A DNA stretch of 64,000 nucleotides from TPA_inf: Saccharomyces. Lineage: Eukaryota. A model generated the notes under the pieces. It had not been told where the DNA came from. It worked only from the letters and a program-made list of their open reading frames with translations, and ran no database searches. The translations under genes were made by a program, and so were the position numbers. Below are positions 54,205 through 64,000 of the stretch, piece by piece; the stretch's first letter is position 1; each line of letters begins with the position of its first letter. The stretch is from NCBI GenBank assembly GCA_000146045.2, contig BK006946.2:736001-800000 (forward strand), in the 5' to 3' direction.

Positions 54205-57200
54205 TTAGGCGGCTGTCAAGTCATGAAGGATGGTAAAAAGTTCATTGACACCATTGATATGTTCCTTGGCATAAGTGGATCTTGAGCTACCGTAAAGAAT
54301 GGTGTAACCAAATTTTAGATTGTTCTTTTCAACCTCTTGCTTCACTAATTTAAATAATGGTTCAATAATAGGTGATGTCGAACCGGAAACGCAAACGAAA
54401 TCTACCTGGTTTTGGAAATGCTTCTTATTATTACCGACGGACATCGAAGAGGATGTTCTTGATAGAGATATTCTGCTATTGTCAGTAGGACTGACGCCAC
54501 TGTTGTAAAATTTCATCAAAAACTCAGCGGCGGCTAAGGCTAGCCCCGTTTGTTGAACGAAGACAATATCCTTATGCACATAAGCGTGAATATCCCTGTC
54601 ATCAAATAAGGTGTTTATGTGCGTAATGGCTTCCCCAATAACAGTTGGGACTCGATCTTGATCATCAGCGTTTTCTGTATGGAATCTGATCATAGAATCA
54701 GCGATTTTGTAGTATGAACCAGGTAACCTCTCGACTTTCTCGTCAAAGATCTTTGCCACCTCTTTCATCCAATCAAGCTCTTCCACGATGTTGTACCACG
54801 ACCCATTAACTCTTACGTAGGCACCATTCTCCGCTATCAATCCGATGTTTAGAACACCATTGTATAAGCTTTCGAATGTATTCTTTGTAAATGAACTCAA
54901 AACGTAAACTATATTATTTGAACTCAATTCACTTAGCAAGGATAGCATTCTGGACGTTGGAGGTTCTGAAATCTTGAAGATAAATAAATGCTTTTTGGAG
55001 GCTTTGTAATCAGCACAGAATTTTTCTGGAGCCAAATTGAAAACAGTAGACGTTTCTTGGTTGGACTCCCAAGCATTATTTATGTATTCGAAGCACTTTG
55101 TAATCCAATTATCCGAATCATGTTCAATAACAGATTTGAATAATTTTTTCCACCTACGCCTTTTTTCTTCTGGAGACATTTCTAAACTTCTCTTGATACT
55201 TTGTGCTACATGATTTATATCCCATGGGTTTATTAAGATGGCACCTTCCTTTAGGACAGAAGAACTACCAGTGAATTCAGATAATAATAGAGGCGCATTT
55301 TTTTCGAATGAACTGACAATGAACTCATGACATGTTAAATTCATACCTTCTCTCAGCGCATCCACAAGGAAAACGTCAGCTTCACAATTCAATGCCAAAT
55401 ATTGAGCAAAATCTAAATCTTGATGCAAAAAGACCACTGGTTGAGAGATACTGATGTTCGAAGACAAAGAATTGATTCTATCAACGACAACCATAATTTG
55501 ACGTTCGTACTCAGGATCGGAACTCTTACCGATGCAGATTTGGATCAAAACAACTTTTTCGATGTATTCAGGGTTTTCTATCAAAAACCTCTCGTAGGCT
55601 AACATTTTTTTCTGAAGACCTCTAATTCTGTCAAATTGATCGCGACAAACAATCAGTTTTTTATTACGCCATCTTTCTTTAATTAATTGGCGCCATTCAA
55701 GTACAGAACCATTTCTCAACTGCGATGTCAAATGGTAATAATCAATACCAATTGGCGCATACATCACGGAAACAATATTGCAATGGTATTTGACTTCATC
55801 ATTAGAGACATCCGCAGCAAGCAATCTGTTACAAGTTTGTAGGAAATGTCTTTTGTATTCTTTAGTTTGAAACCCAACAAAGTTTGCACCAATAATACCT
55901 TCAAGAATCCTTTCTCTGTTAGCAAGGCATCTGAAGACCTCACTACTTGGAAATGATACGTGTAAGAAAAATCCAATCTTAGCTTTAGGCAGTTTCTCTC
56001 TCACCATTTGTGGGACAAGCATCAAATGATAATCATGGATCCAAATTGTGTCGCCAGGTTTGTAAACGGAAACTATCCTATCAGAAAACTTTTGATTCAC
56101 TTTTTGATAGTAGTCCCAAGAATGGTCTTCAAAAGCCTTTGAATTTGGATTATCTGGAATTTGATAATGTAGAGTGGGCCATAAAATCTGTTTGGCGTAG
56201 TTCTTATAAGCACCCTTAAAAGTAATATCGTCCGTGACCACTGGAAAAGAAGAAAAATCCTGTTCTAATTTCTTTGAAATCTTATGGCAAACTTCGTGAG
56301 GAAGTTCGTCAGTAGGGATTCCCATTGTACCTACCCAGGAAACAGGTTCTTTCACTGTCTTTTCAGCAACTGCAATATTAACTGCATTTTTCAAGGATCC
56401 GTTCCCTTTGTCACTGTCGACTATTGTCCATGGCAAATGTTTGAATAGCTCATACGAGTTTCTCATTAGAGATGCTCTTAACTTTGCGTTATTGGAATAG
56501 CCACCAAATTTTGGGACGTTGTATTTCTTAGTAGCATCGGTCTCCAAATCAGAATCAATGTCATCCTCACTATCAGTGTCTTCGATAAAGTTATCCTGAA
56601 ATTGCTGTGAGTACCTGAGATTAGAACTCGAAGAAGCAATGGAAGAGTCTCCAGCGGTGCTTCCGGAAACTCTTTTCATGGAAGGCAAGGAGGCTTGCTG
56701 TTGAAACTCTTCTCTAACTTTTGCGACATCTACAACAGCAGGATCGACATCTGGAACGCTTTTAGAGACGGGAGTGATTACAGCACTCTTGGATGAGCTT
56801 CTGACCCTGGGTGGATGTGAATCAAATGACAAATTGGGATTTTTCATAAGGCTGGAGCTCAAATCGTTGTGGTGAGCCGATGAACGACTAGCAGAAATAG
56901 ACGAAGCAGAAGCTTCCTGGGAGGGAGAACAGACTCTAGCAGACGGAGCAGAAAAGAATTCCTCGACTGAAGGCCGCTGGGCAGTTGAGCCAGAAGAAAC
57001 TGGGTTATTAGCTGGCGGAATACCAGAGTTTGCTGCATGAGTGGCATTGGCAGTCAGCTCTTCCAGGAATTGCTCTGAGGAAAGCATTTCCATCTCATTA
57101 TGATAGTTAACTCCCGTAGCAGGAGAGCCCACATTGGCCCTTTGTAAGGGTTCACCGTTAATTTGCGCCTCCTGAGGTAAGCCAATATAATGAGAGCTTG

Positions 57201-57369
57201 CCGAAGTTACAGAACTGCTTCTTTCTTGCTTGTTGTTGCTCAATTCCTGGTTGTTGCAGTCTACCTTGATCATACTTGATTCAACCAGCTTAGCAGTATC
57301 CGAGTTGGTGACATCAGCCTCGAATTGAGGGGTATATGGTAAGAATAAAGAAGCGACGATAATAGTCAT
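54205..57369 (-). CDS. TPS3: Tps3, regulatory subunit of the trehalose-6-phosphate synthase/phosphatase complex (Tsl1 paralog), 1054 aa
   Basis: Ser-rich N-terminal region, then a GT20 (TPS-like) domain (WPLHYQ-type core: ILWPTLHYQIPDNPNS) and a C-terminal TPP-like domain. 1054 aa. Confidence 0.9.
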   Translation of the reverse strand: MTIIVASLFLPYTPQFEADVTNSDTAKLVESSMIKVDCNNQELSNNKQERSSSVTSASSHYIGLPQEAQINGEPLQRANVGSPATGVNYHNEMEMLSSEQFLEELTANATHAANSGIPPANNPVSSGSTAQRPSVEEFFSAPSARVCSPSQEASASSISASRSSAHHNDLSSSLMKNPNLSFDSHPPRVRSSSKSAVITPVSKSVPDVDPAVVDVAKVREEFQQQASLPSMKRVSGSTAGDSSIASSSSNLRYSQQFQDNFIEDTDSEDDIDSDLETDATKKYNVPKFGGYSNNAKLRASLMRNSYELFKHLPWTIVDSDKGNGSLKNAVNIAVAEKTVKEPVSWVGTMGIPTDELPHEVCHKISKKLEQDFSSFPVVTDDITFKGAYKNYAKQILWPTLHYQIPDNPNSKAFEDHSWDYYQKVNQKFSDRIVSVYKPGDTIWIHDYHLMLVPQMVREKLPKAKIGFFLHVSFPSSEVFRCLANRERILEGIIGANFVGFQTKEYKRHFLQTCNRLLAADVSNDEVKYHCNIVSVMYAPIGIDYYHLTSQLRNGSVLEWRQLIKERWRNKKLIVCRDQFDRIRGLQKKMLAYERFLIENPEYIEKVVLIQICIGKSSDPEYERQIMVVVDRINSLSSNISISQPVVFLHQDLDFAQYLALNCEADVFLVDALREGMNLTCHEFIVSSFEKNAPLLLSEFTGSSSVLKEGAILINPWDINHVAQSIKRSLEMSPEEKRRRWKKLFKSVIEHDSDNWITKCFEYINNAWESNQETSTVFNLAPEKFCADYKASKKHLFIFKISEPPTSRMLSLLSELSSNNIVYVLSSFTKNTFESLYNGVLNIGLIAENGAYVRVNGSWYNIVEELDWMKEVAKIFDEKVERLPGSYYKIADSMIRFHTENADDQDRVPTVIGEAITHINTLFDDRDIHAYVHKDIVFVQQTGLALAAAEFLMKFYNSGVSPTDNSRISLSRTSSSMSVGNNKKHFQNQVDFVCVSGSTSPIIEPLFKLVKQEVEKNNLKFGYTILYGSSRSTYAKEHINGVNELFTILHDLTAA

Positions 57370-57581
57370 TGAGGTTGCCCGTGGTTATTAGTCTGTGGTT
57401 TTTTGAATAGGAAGCAATAAATTATAAAGCCAGGACCTGCAATAACGTTTGTACTGTTTTATTGTGATAAAAGATGAAGCGGAATAGCAACGGTACTTAA
57501 AACTTATGTCTTAGACTTAATACTATTGAATGTTTGCTCGTCCACTTGATGCTCCCTGGAGTTGCCGTTGCTGCGTGCTGA

Positions 57582-57604
57582 AGGGGATTAATTAATTCCA
57601 GGGG
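57582..57604. promoter_or_regulatory. Pair of STREs (AGGGG at 57582-57586 and 57600-57604) in the 356-bp TPS3/YMR262W divergent promoter
   Basis: gctgAAGGGGattaattaattccAGGGGcaccgcg was read directly. Trehalose-synthase genes are Msn2/4 regulated (established knowledge). Confidence 0.5.
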
Positions 57605-57725
57605 CACCGCGCGAAGCCCAGGAGGACAATTGATTACGTAGGGAAGAAAGGGCCCTTTTAGAAGACTGGCAATTGCAACTCTATCGAGGTTAGGTGTTAC
57701 ACTACGCTGTTCATTGAGGAAGTAG

Positions 57726-58667
57726 ATGAATAAACTTGTTGATGCCCACTGTCATGTTATAACCGACCCAGACAACACATTCTGCGGTGATGATGGAGGG
57801 TCCCAGGGTACGTTGCGTTGCGTTATGTCATCAAACCCATATGACTGGAACAATTTGAAAAAATTGGCTGGCAGAAGCACAAGTAAAAACGATATATGCG
57901 TGGGATTTGGTGTGCATCCTTGGTACAGCCACTTATTTTATGTGGGAAGTCGGCGCGACAAGGTTTCTCACTATCAAGATGTACTGGAGTATAAGAATGA
58001 AGAACAGTTCGACAGTTTGGTTCAGGTGCTTCCCGAACCTCTAGATCTTGAAGAGTATATAAAAAGAGAGTTTAACGACACTTTGGTTAGTGTGATTGGA
58101 GAAATCGGTCTTGATAAGCTCTTCAGACTTCCTGCAAATGGTTTCTACATGCAGAACGAGAAGGCAAGGCTTACGACAGTGAAGGTCAAACTATCGCATC
58201 AAGAAACAGTATTCAGGCGATTTTGCCGACTGGCAAGGCACACAAGCAAGCCCATCTCTATACACGATGTAAAGTGCCACGGGAAACTAAACGATATCTG
58301 CAATGAAGAGCTCTTGACGTATCACTCTGTCAAGATATGTTTACATTCGTACACAGGCTCCAAGGAAACGCTTCTGGGCCAATGGCTCAAGAAGTTTCCC
58401 CCGGATCGTATTTTTGTGAGCCTATCCAAATGGATTAATTTTAAGGACCCAGAAGAGGGAGATGCCCTGGTCAGGAGCTTGCCCTCAACTTGCATACTTA
58501 CTGAAACCGACTATCCTATTGACAATCCAGATCCGTCATACCAAAAGGCCCTTACAGAGCAGCTGCAGTATTTGAATGCACAAATCGCACGAGCATGGGA
58601 CGAGACACTGGATGCCTCACAAGCCGCTTTGCGTGTATACGAAAACTTTCAGAAATTTATCAAGTGA
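57726..58667 (+). CDS. YMR262W, TatD-family metal-dependent DNase/hydrolase-like protein, 313 aa
   Basis: N-terminal TatD motif DAHCHV and TIM-barrel amidohydrolase-like spacing of His/Asp/Glu residues. Confidence 0.82.
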   Translation: MNKLVDAHCHVITDPDNTFCGDDGGSQGTLRCVMSSNPYDWNNLKKLAGRSTSKNDICVGFGVHPWYSHLFYVGSRRDKVSHYQDVLEYKNEEQFDSLVQVLPEPLDLEEYIKREFNDTLVSVIGEIGLDKLFRLPANGFYMQNEKARLTTVKVKLSHQETVFRRFCRLARHTSKPISIHDVKCHGKLNDICNEELLTYHSVKICLHSYTGSKETLLGQWLKKFPPDRIFVSLSKWINFKDPEEGDALVRSLPSTCILTETDYPIDNPDPSYQKALTEQLQYLNAQIARAWDETLDASQAALRVYENFQKFIK

Positions 58668-58918
58668 AACGCTTTTGAGGTGGCAGCATAGCACTGTAAT
58701 GAGATATATTAAGTAGGCTTGCTGTATACCATTTCTTGCTATGCATGTGTTTTAGCAAGGCAACGCCGTTCCGGAAGGGAAAAAGCGCTCTTTTTTATAT
58801 ACTGTGAAATTTTCAGATTTTAACTTAGAAATTATATAAAAGCGGTTGTGTATCTATTGTGATAATGCAATTCCTTTATAGTTTAGCAAATCGAAGGATA
58901 GGTATATACTGAGTAGTA

Positions 58919-59524
58919 ATGGCTAGGCCAGTTAATACAAACGCTGAAACGGAATCGAGAGGCAGACCCACTCAGGGTGGTGGTTACGCAAGTAACAACA
59001 ATGGCAGCTGTAACAACAACAATGGCAGCAATAATAACAATAATAACAATAATAATAATAATAATAACAGCAATAACAGCAATAACAATAACGGGCCTAC
59101 CTCCAGCGGGAGAACCAATGGGAAGCAAAGACTCACAGCTGCACAACAGCAGTACATTAAGAATCTCATAGAGACACATATCACCGACAACCACCCTGAT
59201 CTGCGCCCCAAGAGTCACCCAATGGATTTCGAAGAGTATACGGATGCGTTCCTGAGAAGGTATAAAGACCACTTTCAATTGGACGTACCGGACAACCTGA
59301 CGCTGCAGGGATACTTATTGGGTTCCAAATTGGGCGCGAAGACTTATTCATACAAGAGGAACACACAGGGGCAGCACGATAAAAGGATACATAAGAGAGA
59401 CCTGGCCAACGTGGTGAGAAGGCATTTCGATGAGCATTCCATTAAAGAGACAGATTGCATACCGCAATTTATATACAAGGTAAAAAACCAGAAGAAGAAA
59501 TTCAAGATGGAATTTCGGGGTTGA
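58919..59524 (+). CDS. SAP30: Sap30, Rpd3L histone deacetylase complex subunit, with a poly-Asn tract, 201 aa
   Basis: 201 aa. N-terminal NNNGSCNNNNGSNNNNNNNNNNNNNSNNSNNNN encoded by an AAT/AAC repeat, and a conserved SAP30 C-terminal domain. Confidence 0.88.
   Translation: MARPVNTNAETESRGRPTQGGGYASNNNGSCNNNNGSNNNNNNNNNNNNNSNNSNNNNGPTSSGRTNGKQRLTAAQQQYIKNLIETHITDNHPDLRPKSHPMDFEEYTDAFLRRYKDHFQLDVPDNLTLQGYLLGSKLGAKTYSYKRNTQGQHDKRIHKRDLANVVRRHFDEHSIKETDCIPQFIYKVKNQKKKFKMEFRG
58993..59092 (+). repeat. Coding (AAT/AAC)n trinucleotide repeat encoding poly-Asn in SAP30
   Basis: aacaacaatggcagc…aataataacaataataacaataataataataataataacagcaataacagcaataacaataac. Confidence 0.9.
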
Positions 59525-59762
59525 TCAAACGATGAGGCAGCCCTTTTGTGTATAAGTTATGTAAACTTTTAAGGTGGTAATTGTTAAAATGGACAGTAAC
59601 ACTTGTTTATTTGCTAGTATTCCATTTAGTTTAATGCCTTTTTGTATACGGTGCGGGTAGCTGTCGCGCCATTTTAAACGATCTAATATAACTGAGGTGG
59701 GCCTGTCATTGATGCATTGAATAGACAACTCATCAACCTATTTCTTATAAAAGGCGCCATAA

Positions 59763-60416
<654 letters not shown>

Positions 60417-60539
60417 ACGCTTAAGTGCTTGTCGGGAACACGCAAGTGTGCCCATAATGCGCATAAGTATATCTTTGTGTTTACTTATTTAAAATGACTA
60501 AATAAATAACCCAAAAAAAGGAAGAAAAAAATGTAATTA

Positions 60540-61925
60540 TTAAGCATTGGAACACGGTATTGCTGCCAACTTGGCAAATCGCCCGAAAAATGCCTTTATT
60601 GGTATTGTATTGTCTAACGGAACCCAGTGAATATCTTCCTTGCAGTTTATTAGACGCTCTGTTACCACTTCTAAATCTTCAATTCGGTCTCTTTTGTAAA
60701 AATGACCAGTGACTATATATTCTGGAAAGAGAGTGAAAGTGTATCTGTTTGGTTCGGGTGTGGCTTTGAAATAAACCTCCAATGGCTTTCTTCTGTTGTG
60801 GTGGGCCGACGCGATGACGGCAAGGTCTGTGACTTGGAAGTGTACGATGCACTTCCCAGGCTGTTCCAGATAAAAAATTTGTGAAATATGCTGTACTTTC
60901 TTCTCAGAATCAAACGTGCGAGTGTCATTGTTTGACCATACCTTAGCGATTTCAAGTGCAGGGATATCTTTACCGGGTTCTGCGCACGGTATATACAAGG
61001 GATGTTCATACAGCTTGGGTCTGAACGTTCTTCTCCCCTTACGCCGCTTTAAGTACTTGATGACCTCTATTGATAATAGACGATGAGATGCCGTGCAAAG
61101 GATATAACCAATTTGTCTTGGAGTCCGTCTTAAATCAAACTTTTGTGAAGTGCTGAGAGCTTGGCTATTGTTCTTTCGTACCATGTCCATCACCATTTCA
61201 AGTTCCTGCTCTCTTGGCAGCGATTTGGTGAATGGTCGTACGGGGATCGCAGACCATTTCAGACGTGGTAGATCCAAAGAATGGAAGAAAGACTTGAATG
61301 CATCTATTTGGTGTATTCTATCATCATATATGGACAACTCCCGCAGAGAGGGATAATATTCTAAGAAATCCCGCATCAACTCTTTTTTATATTTGCTAGT
61401 GTACTCAGAAATTGCTCTTTTTTTTAGGCAAACTGCATTGAACCTAAACTCATTTTCTGAGCATTTCCAATGGCTCCTTGCCGTCTGTAAAGCATGCTCA
61501 ATCAACTTATGGAACTTACTTTCCTCTCTGCCCGTTAAAACGATCGAGATAGTATCCTTGGCAGAATATGACTCCTCCGCCAATTTAACGATATCCGCAT
61601 TCCACGAATACCTTCTCGGTTTAGTCTTCGAGATCTCAATAGCAGCCTGCAGAAACCCCGGCTCATTCCACCAGCCTCCATTCGGTAGCGTGCTCGATGT
61701 CAACAAATTTAGTAGCTCACGTGTATACAATTGCTCTGTAGGACCCGGCGTTGCAAATAATGTATTGTCGAAGTCGTATATGTGCAATTTCGTAATCGCA
61801 TGCTCAGGAACCTCAAAGGGCACGGCCAACTCGCAAGCGCAACTATTCCATTTTCTGAGCACACGGTGATTGCCACATCTGCTGGACATCTCCCCTTTCC
61901 TTCGAAATTCTTCAAATTCTTCCAT
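60540..61925 (-). CDS. YMR265C, uncharacterised protein with an N-terminal HAD-like phosphatase motif, 461 aa
   Basis: First ATG at 61925 (MEEFEEFRRK) gives 461 aa. DxDxT HAD motif I in KLHIYDFDNTLFATPGP. Rest of the protein has no recognisable fold by eye. Confidence 0.8.
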   Translation of the reverse strand: MEEFEEFRRKGEMSSRCGNHRVLRKWNSCACELAVPFEVPEHAITKLHIYDFDNTLFATPGPTEQLYTRELLNLLTSSTLPNGGWWNEPGFLQAAIEISKTKPRRYSWNADIVKLAEESYSAKDTISIVLTGREESKFHKLIEHALQTARSHWKCSENEFRFNAVCLKKRAISEYTSKYKKELMRDFLEYYPSLRELSIYDDRIHQIDAFKSFFHSLDLPRLKWSAIPVRPFTKSLPREQELEMVMDMVRKNNSQALSTSQKFDLRRTPRQIGYILCTASHRLLSIEVIKYLKRRKGRRTFRPKLYEHPLYIPCAEPGKDIPALEIAKVWSNNDTRTFDSEKKVQHISQIFYLEQPGKCIVHFQVTDLAVIASAHHNRRKPLEVYFKATPEPNRYTFTLFPEYIVTGHFYKRDRIEDLEVVTERLINCKEDIHWVPLDNTIPIKAFFGRFAKLAAIPCSNA

Positions 61926-62517
61926 TATACTCGTTTGGGTTATGCAGACAAACAGCACATATGATAATTCATTTTTTTTCTTCCATTATACGCTATAGTA
62001 ATGTAAGACCTGATCTACGGGTTCGTTTCTTCTATTTCCGTTACCCGCCGTGCACCACAGCATCGCTGCGGTTCCGTCTGCGTGAGTCGTTCTGCGCGAA
62101 TCACTTCCCGCAGCTGACATCACAGGGGCGGCCTTTCCTGGCTACGATTTTTTAGCGGGAAAGGCACACCCTTTCTTCTCCTTTCGGGTATAAAGTTTCT
62201 TCTGTGTGGATTCTGTGGGCCAGCTTCGGTTTTGAAGTTGGAAAAAAATTCTTCATCTTTGTTTTTTTATCGTGGAAAAGGAAGAAAATACTTGATAACC
62301 AACAGCAAAGCCGCATGGCTTGGCACTCGATCTTGATGTTGTCCCGTGCCTGGTTGTATAATATTATTATTAATGGCCATTTCGTAATCAAATTTCGGTT
62401 TGTTGTTTTTTTCTATTTCTTTTTCATCTTATATATATTAATTCGTTTGCCTTTTCCGTTTCTTTTTGTTTTAGTAATCATAAGTTTACGGCTTAGCAGC
62501 AAGGGCAAAGGGACAAA

Positions 62518-64000
62518 ATGAATAGTACTAATAGTACTAATAGTACTACAACAGCTACCAGTACAAACACGTCAACTCAACAAGTCGTTACTTCTTTGGT
62601 AAGTAATGGTACTATTTTTGGTGTTTTTGTCATAGCGTTCTTGATTTTGCGTATAAAACTAAAAAGGATTTATGAGCCCAAATCCTCATTCAATCTGATT
62701 AATGAAGAAAAAAAGCCAGAACCGCTACCGCAGGGCGTCTGGCAATGGCTGAAGCCGTTATTGAAAAAATCAGACAATTTTGTCATTCAACAAGCCGGTC
62801 TGGATGGATATTTCTTTTTGAGGTACCTTTTCATCATTGCAATTTACTGTGCTGTTTCCATGAGTTATATATTCCCTATTTTGTTGTCCATTAACGCCAG
62901 TAACGGTAACCATGAAAGCGGATTGAATCAATTGGCCTATCAGAACGTCAAGCACCGTGGTAGATATTTTGCACATGTTTTCTGTGGATGGATTTTCTTT
63001 TGGGGGTTCCTTTACATTATTTACAGAGAATTGTATTTTTACACCTCTATGAAGCAAGCTGTACTAGCGTCCCCTCGTTATGCTAAAAAACTATCCTCGA
63101 GAACCGTGTTATTCCAGACTGTCCCTAAGCAATACTTAAGTGAAGAAGAGTTTTCTAAGTTGTTTGATGGTGTGAAAAGAGTCTGGATCGCAAGAGGTTC
63201 CGGTTCAATTGAAGCAATGGTCAAAGCAAGGGACAATATGGCCATACAATTGGAAGGTGCTGAAACAAAATACCTGAAAGCAGCATTGAAAAAAATTAAG
63301 AAGTTAAACAAAAAAAGTCCGCAATTATCTGTCTCTGATAATATTGCTGAATATGTCCCTGACAAGAAAAGACCACATCATAAAATTAACAAGGTTGCTA
63401 AATTCTTTTTTGGTAAAAAAGTTGACACCATATCCTACATTAAGGAGGAGTTGCCCAAGTTAAACCAAAAGGTGAAGGCATTACAAGAAGATCATGAAAA
63501 TTCATCCCCTTTCAACTCCGTTTTTGTGGAGTTTGAATCCCAATATCAGGCCCAAGTTGCCGCTCAGATCACCACATACCATGCTCCTCTTTTCATGACG
63601 CCTGTGTATATTGGTATTGAGCCATCCGATGTCGTTTGGTTTAATTTGAGGATGTTCTGGTGGGAAAGATTAGGTAGGGAAGTCAGTGCGGTTTCAGCAA
63701 TTGTCGCGCTAGTAATATTATGGGCTTTCCCAGTGGCTTTTGTTGGTATGATCTCTAATATTACTTCCTTGACTAATGAAGTTAAATGGTTAAAGTTCAT
63801 CTATAAATTACCAAAACAACTATTAGGTTTACTGACATCTCTGGCCCCAACTGTGGCATTGGCCGTTTTAATGAGTTTCTTGCCGAAATTTATTAGGGGT
63901 ATGGCTATCACTCAAGGTGCTCCATCTAAGCAAAATGTGGAATATTTCACTCAACAAGCTTATTTCGCCTTTCAAGTTATCCAAGTCTTTTTAGTTACCA
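62518..64000 (+). CDS. RSN1: Rsn1, OSCA/TMEM63-like (DUF221) multi-TM membrane protein, N-terminal ~494 codons; runs off the window end
   Basis: ATG at 62518 (MNSTNSTNSTTTATSTNTSTQQ). Open frame to the window end with multiple TM helices, and a cytosolic RRM-like insert characteristic of the OSCA/DUF221 family. Confidence 0.85.
   Translation, partial: MNSTNSTNSTTTATSTNTSTQQVVTSLVSNGTIFGVFVIAFLILRIKLKRIYEPKSSFNLINEEKKPEPLPQGVWQWLKPLLKKSDNFVIQQAGLDGYFFLRYLFIIAIYCAVSMSYIFPILLSINASNGNHESGLNQLAYQNVKHRGRYFAHVFCGWIFFWGFLYIIYRELYFYTSMKQAVLASPRYAKKLSSRTVLFQTVPKQYLSEEEFSKLFDGVKRVWIARGSGSIEAMVKARDNMAIQLEGAETKYLKAALKKIKKLNKKSPQLSVSDNIAEYVPDKKRPHHKINKVAKFFFGKKVDTISYIKEELPKLNQKVKALQEDHENSSPFNSVFVEFESQYQAQVAAQITTYHAPLFMTPVYIGIEPSDVVWFNLRMFWWERLGREVSAVSAIVALVILWAFPVAFVGMISNITSLTNEVKWLKFIYKLPKQLLGLLTSLAPTVALAVLMSFLPKFIRGMAITQGAPSKQNVEYFTQQAYFAFQVIQVFLVT

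Noticed and set aside
58984-59211. 75-aa poly-Leu ORF on the minus strand
   Set aside because: Reverse complement of the SAP30 AAT/AAC poly-Asn repeat (ATT/GTT gives L/N strings). Artefact.

Overview
This window reads as Saccharomyces cerevisiae nuclear DNA from the right arm of chromosome XIII, running from the 3' end of PEP5 (YMR231W) to the 5' part of RSN1 (YMR266W). I made this identification by recognising the translated proteins and their order from memory, not by a database search. The window holds about 34 protein-coding genes at typical yeast density. It also holds two tRNA genes (Arg-UCU, Ala-AGC), each next to Ty1/Ty2 delta LTR remnants. RPL20A is the one intron-containing gene, and its start codon appears to be split by the intron. 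HOR7 is a 59-aa gene that falls below the ORF-track cutoff. A 1.46-kb ORF-free gap between the convergent genes FAA4 and RKR1 probably carries an independent long noncoding RNA, which I recall as the H/ACA snoRNA snR86. The ORF track takes TTG/GTG as start codons, so several ORFs are over-extended at the 5' end (RNH1, DFG5, RNT1, GTO3, YMR252C, YMR253C, CUE1, YMR265C). I re-anchored these to the first in-frame ATG, which reproduces the known protein lengths. No CRISPR array, operon structure or obviously foreign insertion is present. The less-characterised material is the set of poorly studied ORFs (YMR244W, YMR252C, YMR253C, YMR262W, YMR265C), the snoRNA-gap locus and an unassigned ~1.5-kb stretch upstream of GAD1. 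Sequence-visible regulatory sites include Ste12 PREs upstream of FUS2, a Zap1 ZRE upstream of ZRC1, STRE clusters upstream of HOR7 and TPS3, a HAP CCAAT box upstream of COX7 and a Rap1-like site upstream of RPL20A.
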